Shown here piece by piece: positions 25,754-32,000 of a stretch of DNA of 32,000 nucleotides. Position 1 is the first letter of the stretch. Each line of letters begins with the position of its first letter. The notes beneath the pieces are model-generated. The model made no database searches. It had not been told where the DNA came from and saw only the letters and a program-made list of their open reading frames with translations. Source of the stretch: Candidatus Saccharimonadota bacterium (GTDB taxonomy: Bacteria; Patescibacteriota; Saccharimonadia; Saccharimonadales; Saccharimonadaceae); the NCBI GenBank assembly GCA_016700015.1, contig CP064995.1:600001-632000 (forward strand), given 5' to 3'. Both the position numbers and the translations under genes were made by a program.

Positions 25754-26053
25754 ATGGCATTACTTGATCCTGCATTTTTAGCCGACCTTGGCATTGAGCT
25801 AAGCGAGACAGATTACCAAGCGCTTTCCGAACACTTCGAAAATACGCTCCACGAACGCGTCATTAACGAAATTGTTGAAGAGCTTACTCCAGAGCAAGCC
25901 GAAGAACTCGCTCATCTCCAAGAAGCAAGCGACGACCAATTGCAACAATGGCTTGTAGCAAACGTGCCTGACCTTCAAGACATCGTATCAGACGAAGTCG
26001 ACATCCTGCTCGGGGAAATCGCTGAGAATAGTGAAAATATCGCGGCAGAGTAA
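25754..26053 (+). CDS. Small hyper-acidic protein (99 aa), DUF5663-like (assignment from memory)
   Basis: The ATG lies 2 nt after the upstream stop, with an AAAGGAA Shine-Dalgarno inside the upstream gene. By my count there are 26 Asp+Glu and 1 Arg+Lys. The pattern FLADLGI.L.E.....L.EHF...L..RV...I...LT.EQ..E...L......QWL...VPD...IV..E resembles small proteins I recall being annotated DUF5663 in candidate-phyla-radiation genomes. Confidence 0.7.
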   Translation: MALLDPAFLADLGIELSETDYQALSEHFENTLHERVINEIVEELTPEQAEELAHLQEASDDQLQQWLVANVPDLQDIVSDEVDILLGEIAENSENIAAE

Positions 26054-26095
26054 ATATATACTACCTGCACATTCCATGCCCATAAATGCCGCCGC

Positions 26096-27607
26096 TTATG
26101 GCAACTTCGCGTTTGGGTAGGTGTTTTTTGTCACATCATCGTACTCGTGCCTGAGCTGCGGAAATGGTACACCTTCACGAGCTGTTACCCCCTCAAACAT
26201 CCAGAACACTCGCTCGCTGTAACCTAAGCCACAGGCTGGCGGCATACCGTATTCCAGCATCTCTACATAATCAATGTCGAGCATCATCGCCTCGTCATCC
26301 CCGTTTTCGCGCATCTGCTGCTGCTCGACGAAGCGGTTGTATTGGTCAATCGGGTCATTAAGCTCAGAAAAGCCATTACATAGCTCGCTACCGACGATCA
26401 CCGCCTGGAAGCGCTGCACGACGTCAGGATTATCGACACTACTTTTAGCTAGCGGGCTGATAAACTTCGGCGTATTCACCAACCATACCGGCCCGACGAC
26501 GTCTTTGCGAATATGCTTCCACAGCTTGTCGATCCCGCGCGGAATACTATCGGTCTTTTCAACCTCGAGCTTGTTTTCAGCTAATTTTGCACTCACCTCT
26601 TCGATGCTGGTACTGTATACATCAATCCCGTAGTGGTCACGAATAACCGTCGCGTAGTCCCATACTTCCCACTCTTTGCCCATGTGTACTTGCTTACCCT
26701 GTACGGTAAACTGCAGCGTACCAAACGTTTCCTGAAGCACGAACCGGTACATTTCTTCCATGAACTTCATACCATCCTGCCAGTTAGCATAGGCCCAATA
26801 CCATTCCATGGCGACGTGCTCTGGCAGGTGTTCGTCAGTATAGTTTTCGTTGCGGAATCGCGGGCCCACGTCGTATACTTTCTCAAACCCCGCCCCGAGC
26901 AATCGCTTCAGTGGAAGTTCGTGGCTAATACGCAGGTAAAAGTCTTGGTCAAGGGCATCCATATGCGTCACAAATGGGTTAGCGTCAGCGCCACCAGTTG
27001 TATGCTCAAGCACTGGTATATTGACCTCGTAAAACCCGTGGTCATCAAGAAACTTGCGTGTTGCCTGCCAAAATTTGCTGCGACGCACAAATCGTTCGCG
27101 CACATCGCGGTTGACATTCATATCGACATAGCGGCGGCGCAAACGCTGCTCTTTGTCGGTAAAGCCTTCTTGTTCGGTCGGCATCGGCCGGAGCGACTTG
27201 GTGAGCAATCGCAACTTGCGCACGTCCACACTCACCTCACCCGTCTGCGTTTTGATCACCGGCCCCTCAGCCTCCACAAAATCACCCGGGTCAAGCAGAT
27301 TAAGTTCACCCATACCAAGCTGCGACCGACTAGCATCAAGCTGCTCTACGGTATCGGCTTTTAGAAACAGCTGCATTTGCCCGCTCATATCGCGGAGTAC
27401 GAGAAAGGCCAACTTACCAAATTTACGTGTGCCCATCAGCCGACCGACAACTTTGACCGTCTGTCCCTCAAGTTCATTGAAATTTGCAACTACATTGGCA
27501 ATGTTATGCGTACGCTCCGCTTCTGCCGGATATGCATTCACACCTAACTTCTTTAGCTCATCCAATTTTCTCAGGCGCTCGTCGCGCAGTTCTTTCATTG
27601 TTGCCAT
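26096..27607 (-). CDS. lysS: Lysyl-tRNA synthetase, class II
   Basis: OB-fold anticodon-binding segment VKVVGRLMGTRKFGKLAFLVLRDMSGQMQLF. Motif 2 region GPRFRNENYTDEHLPEHVAMEWY. Motif 3 region GMPPACGLGYSERVFW. Confidence 0.96.
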   Translation of the reverse strand: MATMKELRDERLRKLDELKKLGVNAYPAEAERTHNIANVVANFNELEGQTVKVVGRLMGTRKFGKLAFLVLRDMSGQMQLFLKADTVEQLDASRSQLGMGELNLLDPGDFVEAEGPVIKTQTGEVSVDVRKLRLLTKSLRPMPTEQEGFTDKEQRLRRRYVDMNVNRDVRERFVRRSKFWQATRKFLDDHGFYEVNIPVLEHTTGGADANPFVTHMDALDQDFYLRISHELPLKRLLGAGFEKVYDVGPRFRNENYTDEHLPEHVAMEWYWAYANWQDGMKFMEEMYRFVLQETFGTLQFTVQGKQVHMGKEWEVWDYATVIRDHYGIDVYSTSIEEVSAKLAENKLEVEKTDSIPRGIDKLWKHIRKDVVGPVWLVNTPKFISPLAKSSVDNPDVVQRFQAVIVGSELCNGFSELNDPIDQYNRFVEQQQMRENGDDEAMMLDIDYVEMLEYGMPPACGLGYSERVFWMFEGVTAREGVPFPQLRHEYDDVTKNTYPNAKLP

Positions 27608-27618
27608 AACTGATTATC

Positions 27619-27627
27619 AGTATAGCA
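27619..27627 (-). promoter_or_regulatory. Extended -10 promoter (TGcTATACT) of lysS, 11 nt from the ATG
   Basis: Minus strand reads TGC TATACT (27627-27619), then GATAATCAGTT, then ATG 27607. A possible -35, TTCGAC, lies 16 nt upstream. There is no Shine-Dalgarno. The 9-mer is identical to the one at the ftsE promoter. Confidence 0.45.
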
Positions 27628-27672
27628 GATGGTTCAATCTGTCGAAAACCAATATTAAACAATACGGCTTAT

Positions 27673-30024
27673 CTATCTATGCCGATTTGGATTAGCTAGA
27701 TAACCCGTGCGAGCTGCAGAGTATGCAGCGCGATTACCGAGTAAAAGTGCAAATTTTTGTGTGGCGTTGTGTGGCGCTTCTGGACCAGTATATAGACCAT
27801 GTCGATATGGATCAAAGCCTGGATCAGTACGTAGCCCAAATTTTTCAGCAATTTCACGATCACTAAACGGACCGTCTTTGATTTTATGCTTGATAAGTGT
27901 TTCTTCGGTAGCGACTTCAAGTACTGGAGGAAGTTTGCCTCCCATATTGACACCCGATGTCGATATGACGGGTACTAGTCCGAAATCGTATTCAAAGCCT
28001 GTAATACCAGCAAGTGATCCACCCGAGAAGTTAATCTTTCCATTGCTTACCATATAGGTTGGGTGGTGGTAATGTCCAGATGCCGTGATATGAATGTCCT
28101 TCTTCAAGTCACCAAGCGCCACTGTGTTTTTTACTGCCGCCATTACCGGAGGTTGCCCACCAAGGCCACCACCCTTACCGAAGAAATGCCTTAGCTCAAT
28201 TCCAACAGCACCAATGTGCATGATTGTTGAAAAAGTCTTAAACGGTTCTCCACTGTCGGTTATGATTGTGTCGTGGAAATTCACCCGGGCTTCTGCTTCC
28301 TCGCGACTGTACCCAACATTCATATAACCACTCACAAACGCGTAGTACACTGGTGAAGCAAATGAATACCCGTGCCACTTAGTTGTTCCACTGTTCCATT
28401 CGTGGTTACCTGTGGTCACGTTGACGGTTAAATTATCGAATTGCTGCTTAGAAAGGGAGTCGAGCCAAGTATAAAGGATGTTTAGCGATAAGTCGTCTTG
28501 TTGGTCCATTCCCATCAAACCAGTTCGCCCGCTTTCCCTTGGAAAGTCACTGTAGTTACGGCCATGCAGCCTATCGCCACCGAAATTGAGAACAACTTTT
28601 TGTACTTTGAGAAGGTTAGACATTCTATCTAGGTGTTTGAGCAAGTAGTCAATACGAGCACTCAAGCTACCTATTTGTTCGTCACAAATCTCGTAAAAAC
28701 ACACTCTTTCTTCAAGGCTTTCGCTTACTTCCATCAAACCCCGCTCATAAAATGTAATGAGATGCCTGCCGTCATCTGTACGTTCAATCGACTTGGCGCT
28801 CGGTTCGTGGAACCTACCGCGGCCTAAAATTGTACGTGCAACCGTGTTTGAGGGTGAGGTAAAGATATCACCGTCTTCACGAAGTGCCTTTTTTGGGCTC
28901 TGTAGTCCGCCAATGGAGTGAATGCCTTTATTACCACGTTGGATGACACCCATATCTTCCTGCTGACCGGTGATGATGACATTGTCATGCGTTGCAATAC
29001 CCTCAGCAGCTAGTGTCCCTTGTATTTGCTTTGGCTTCGCAAGATAGTTAGATAAAGTTCCAGCGGAAGTCTGGAACTTATGTCGAACGAGGTCCGTATA
29101 TTTTTTCCCACGAGTCGTCACTTCATGCTCAAAATCACCAACTATCGTAAGTTTGTTATCGTCTTTTAGCGCCCCCCTATCAAGCACGGCTATGTGCTTC
29201 GCCAAAAGTCTCTGCCCACTCGATACTCTTTTATATGCATCAAAAAGAATCTCACGCTCTGGCTCGTCATATTCGCCATTCGTATCTTGAACGATCTGTT
29301 CAGCGGTCCGCAACATGTGTCCCGTCCTTATACAGTACGGGAACGCAACGTATTTTGTGAACCGGTAGTACTCGGGCCAATTTGGGTTCGCTTTGAATTT
29401 TTCTCGAGTCGACCACTGTCTTAGAACGTCATCATCGTCTTTATTATCTTTAGTGTGCTGTTTACCTAATTTCTCGAGCTGACGGAAGCCTTCATACGTC
29501 ATTTCCTCAATAATATCAGTGTCGTTGTCGCTGCGGGTGTACACAATCGGCACACCAAGCTCTTGCAGTTGATTAAGTTTTTCCTTACCTGCACGAAACT
29601 GATCCTCGAGGGTACGTAAGCCGGGTTTTAGCATCCACCTTGAATTTTTTTTGCGACCACCAAAATCTCCCATAAACAAGCCCGCTATAACCACCTCGTC
29701 GGGCTTGTGCTCCTTAGGCAAGCCTTTTACAGTATCAATTAGCTCATTAAAGAACTCATGGTCACTATACTTACTACCGATGAGTAATTCAGAGACATAG
29801 AGTGTGCTTTTTGATGAGCTTCGTCCCCGCTTGACGCGGACTCTGCGCATATCATCGAGATTTTCATCAGTTCTCATGATTTCATCGTATGTTCTATCAC
29901 TGTAATCAACTTGACCCGTGAGAAATCCAAACGCGCCGAGCGTTCGAGGATCAAAATCTTTCTTTTCTTCCTCTACTACTAGCACCTCTGATCTTTGCAT
30001 TGTGCGCGGTTGGCGTTCGGTCAT
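27673..30024 (-). CDS. Large (783 aa) calcineurin-like metallophosphoesterase-family protein with a possible degenerate duplicate domain in the N-terminal half
   Basis: The C-terminal half carries MPE motifs in canonical order: YEICDEQ (motif I, with His replaced), NFGGDRLHG (II, GD), TTGNHEW (III, GNHE) and TASGHYHH (V, GHxH). The N-terminal half has weaker echoes: VVIAGLFMGDFGG and VYTRSDNDTD. An AGGGGG Shine-Dalgarno lies upstream. No TM helix or signal peptide. Confidence 0.75.
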   Translation of the reverse strand: MTERQPRTMQRSEVLVVEEEKKDFDPRTLGAFGFLTGQVDYSDRTYDEIMRTDENLDDMRRVRVKRGRSSSKSTLYVSELLIGSKYSDHEFFNELIDTVKGLPKEHKPDEVVIAGLFMGDFGGRKKNSRWMLKPGLRTLEDQFRAGKEKLNQLQELGVPIVYTRSDNDTDIIEEMTYEGFRQLEKLGKQHTKDNKDDDDVLRQWSTREKFKANPNWPEYYRFTKYVAFPYCIRTGHMLRTAEQIVQDTNGEYDEPEREILFDAYKRVSSGQRLLAKHIAVLDRGALKDDNKLTIVGDFEHEVTTRGKKYTDLVRHKFQTSAGTLSNYLAKPKQIQGTLAAEGIATHDNVIITGQQEDMGVIQRGNKGIHSIGGLQSPKKALREDGDIFTSPSNTVARTILGRGRFHEPSAKSIERTDDGRHLITFYERGLMEVSESLEERVCFYEICDEQIGSLSARIDYLLKHLDRMSNLLKVQKVVLNFGGDRLHGRNYSDFPRESGRTGLMGMDQQDDLSLNILYTWLDSLSKQQFDNLTVNVTTGNHEWNSGTTKWHGYSFASPVYYAFVSGYMNVGYSREEAEARVNFHDTIITDSGEPFKTFSTIMHIGAVGIELRHFFGKGGGLGGQPPVMAAVKNTVALGDLKKDIHITASGHYHHPTYMVSNGKINFSGGSLAGITGFEYDFGLVPVISTSGVNMGGKLPPVLEVATEETLIKHKIKDGPFSDREIAEKFGLRTDPGFDPYRHGLYTGPEAPHNATQKFALLLGNRAAYSAARTGYLANPNRHR

Positions 30025-30165
30025 AGTTTCCCCCTACATAAAAAACGTACGATTGCCCACCAAAGCATCGCAGTTTGTTGATATATTTCAGCACCCTCCA
30101 AAGTACTTACTCTCATAGTACATCGCTTTTCGTGTCGTTTCTAGTGTGATGCTTATGTAAAATAA

Positions 30166-30194
30166 ACAATACCCCACTATATATGGGGTATTGT
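30166..30194 (-). terminator. Rho-independent terminator of greA
   Basis: Perfect 11-bp stem ACAATACCCCA / TGGGGTATTGT with a 7-nt loop. On the minus strand it is followed by TTTATTTTAC. It lies 16 nt downstream of the greA stop. Confidence 0.8.
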
Positions 30195-30209
30195 AAATCT
30201 ATGTACAAA

Positions 30210-30665
30210 TTAGGCTATCGAAACTATTGTGTAGGTCGTGTTACCTTTAGGTGTCGTAATCGTCGCCTTATCGCCAACTACTTTGCCAATCAATGCAATC
30301 CCGATAGGCGATTCATTGCTAATTTTGCCGCTCAGCGGATCCGCCTCGACTGGCCCAACCAATGTATAGTTGAACTTCTTTGCGCCAGTCTTTAGTTCAA
30401 CTGTGCTTCCCAGTTGTACCTTGCTGCTTTTTCGGCTCTTAATTTCTTCTGCGTTCATTAAAATATCTTCAATCTCTGCAATACGCGTCTCAACAAGTCC
30501 CTGTTCTTCACGAGCACTGTCATATTCAGCGTTTTCGGTTAAATCACCATAATCACGTGCTTCAGCAATTTTTTCTGCAATATCACCACGACGACCCTTA
30601 AGATCGGCGAGCTCTATCTCAAGCTCTTTGCGACCGGCTTCTGTAATCTGGTATGCTTTTTTCAT
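30210..30665 (-). CDS. greA: Transcription elongation factor GreA
   Basis: The N-terminal coiled coil carries the conserved acidic tip ARDYGDLTENAEYDSAREEQ. A C-terminal FKBP-like domain is present. A GAGGAAATA Shine-Dalgarno precedes the gene. Confidence 0.95.
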   Translation of the reverse strand: MKKAYQITEAGRKELEIELADLKGRRGDIAEKIAEARDYGDLTENAEYDSAREEQGLVETRIAEIEDILMNAEEIKSRKSSKVQLGSTVELKTGAKKFNYTLVGPVEADPLSGKISNESPIGIALIGKVVGDKATITTPKGNTTYTIVSIA

Positions 30666-30751
30666 TATTTCCTCAATATCTCCTTATAGCCCGTCCCGAG
30701 AAGGACCAAGTCTAGGTGACTAGTGTTATTTCCCTCCAAGACGCTTACAAG

Positions 30752-31996
30752 TTAGTTCAGTTTAGCAAGCAATTCATCGTGTGTCAATAGCTCGGTTTCC
30801 CCCGTTTTTCTTGGGGTGAATTCGAATTTTTGCTGCTCCACCAGACGTTCACTGACCGTCACGCGGTATGGTATACCTATCAGTTCAGCATCGGCAAATT
30901 TTGTTCCCGGTCGCTCATCTCGGTCATCATATATTACCTCAATACCTTTCCGCATGAACTCATCGTACAACGCGTCGGCGGCTGGTCGAGCGTCCTCACC
31001 TATCTGCACAAGATACACTTTTGCCGGCGCAATTGATTCTGGCCATACAATCCCCTTTTCGTCGGCAAACTTTTCAACAATTACACCCATGACCCTACTA
31101 ATACCGATGCCGTAGCAGCCCATTATCACCGAATGTTGCTGGCCTGTTTCGTCGGTATAATAAAGGTCAAGTGCATCGCTATACTTGCTTTCAAGTGGAA
31201 ATATATTACCTACTTCGACAGCACGCTTTTCGACCAAACTGTTCCGGTCTAGCCCCAACTTATTGAGTGTTTCATCGTTTAATACTTCTTTATTAACAGC
31301 AATGCGCTTATCTTCATCGACATATATCGTGTCCTCACCGACATCCGTAAGAGTCTGAAACTCATCGCTGAACTTATCAGTAAAATATCCACCGTCGGCC
31401 GCGCAACGATACGTGTCGGCACCAATACCGAGCCGTTCGTATACCTTCAAGTAAGCTGCCGCTACCTTTTCGTAGATCGCCAAATGCTCCTCCTCGGTAC
31501 GAGCAAAGCTATACATATCTTTCATGATAAACTCACGGCCGCGTAACAGCCCACTCTTGGCCCGCAGTTCATTACGAAACTTGGTTTGTATCTGGTAAAC
31601 GCTCAGTGGAAAGTCCTTATACGAACTTGCGTAGCGACGCAGTGCATCGACTATTGGTTCTTCGTGCGACAAGCCAACACCCAGTTCAGTACCATTTTTA
31701 AGTGTTGTCTTAAACCAGTTGTCGACTTTGTTATCATCCCACCTATCCGTTCGCTCCCATAGTTCACGTGGCTGCAGTGCTGTCATCATCACTTCTTGCC
31801 CCCCAACCACATTCATTTCTTCGCGAACAATCTGTTTTATATTCTCAATCACCTTCAAGCCAAGTGGCATGTAGGCGTAAACCCCAGCCATCATTTTGTG
31901 AATATAGCCGGCACGTATAAGCAACTGTGCATTATGTGCAACCTCGTCTCCTGGCGCGGTTTTCGATGTCTTCGTAAAATTTTGTGACAATTTCAT
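30752..31996 (-). CDS. proS: Prolyl-tRNA synthetase, bacterial-type but lacking the INS editing domain (414 aa)
   Basis: Motif 2 FRNELRAKSGLLRGREFIMKDMYSF and motif 3 MGCYGIGISRVMGVIVE. Only about 25 aa (DEDKRIAVNKEVLNDETLNKLGLDRNSLVEK) sit where E. coli ProRS has its INS of about 180 aa. A C-terminal class IIa anticodon-binding domain is present. Confidence 0.93.
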   Translation of the reverse strand: MKLSQNFTKTSKTAPGDEVAHNAQLLIRAGYIHKMMAGVYAYMPLGLKVIENIKQIVREEMNVVGGQEVMMTALQPRELWERTDRWDDNKVDNWFKTTLKNGTELGVGLSHEEPIVDALRRYASSYKDFPLSVYQIQTKFRNELRAKSGLLRGREFIMKDMYSFARTEEEHLAIYEKVAAAYLKVYERLGIGADTYRCAADGGYFTDKFSDEFQTLTDVGEDTIYVDEDKRIAVNKEVLNDETLNKLGLDRNSLVEKRAVEVGNIFPLESKYSDALDLYYTDETGQQHSVIMGCYGIGISRVMGVIVEKFADEKGIVWPESIAPAKVYLVQIGEDARPAADALYDEFMRKGIEVIYDDRDERPGTKFADAELIGIPYRVTVSERLVEQQKFEFTPRKTGETELLTHDELLAKLN

Positions 31997-32000
31997 AATG

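Noticed and set aside
26054-26095. Possible terminator hairpin (CCATAA...TTATGG) and a TATACT hexamer (26057-26062) in the convergent gap between the 99-aa gene and lysS, the latter possibly driving antisense transcription into lysS
   Set aside because: The stem is only 6 bp, AT-rich, with a 10-nt loop, and it overlaps the lysS stop codon. The TATACT has no -35 or TG extension and is compatible with a chance occurrence.
29645-29652. T8 (A8 on the coding strand) homopolymer inside the 783-aa gene, and a C7 tract near the serS 3' end (about 19177-19183), as possible phase-variation sites
   Set aside because: Tracts of 7-8 nt are expected by chance in 32 kb. They encode ordinary residues (KKN, GG), and nothing else suggests contingency-locus behaviour.
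1-32000. Search for mobile elements, prophage, defence islands, CRISPR arrays and tRNA/rRNA genes
   Set aside because: I recognised no integrase, transposase, recombinase, Cas, restriction or toxin-antitoxin motifs. I saw no direct-repeat arrays. No intergenic gap exceeds about 185 bp, which leaves little room for structured RNA genes. The window reads as core chromosome.

Overview
Gene-dense chromosomal core region with 29 supported CDS, 22 of them on the minus strand. I found no rRNA, tRNA, CRISPR array, transposase or integrase. The content is housekeeping: rpmA, prfB, secA, hpf, greA, serS, lysS, proS, murD, murI, ftsE and ftsX, plus envelope proteases. Interspersed are lineage-specific hypothetical genes. 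UGA is used as a stop codon and RF2 is present, so the standard bacterial code applies. Compact gene versions (ProRS without the INS domain, a 215-aa MurI, a short HPF), the hpf-secA...prfB...ftsEX-ctp backbone and a DUF5663-like small acidic protein suggest a reduced-genome, Gram-positive-like bacterium. Candidatus Saccharibacteria/Patescibacteria is possible, but that is inference only. The candidates most worth a second look are: (1) a three-gene operon at 23182-26053 encoding two large Arg/Lys/Glu-rich coiled-coil proteins and a hyper-acidic 99-aa protein; (2) a 783-aa protein at 27673-30024 with a canonical metallophosphoesterase C-terminal half and what looks like a degenerate copy in the N-terminal half; (3) a recurrent TATACT -10 hexamer placed 3-11 nt from start codons, implying widespread leaderless or near-leaderless mRNAs, including a palindromic bidirectional -10 in a 23-bp divergent gap; (4) an ftsE-ftsX / coiled-coil CHAP hydrolase / S41 protease / orphan receiver cluster. 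All functional calls come from motifs read by eye. No database search was run.
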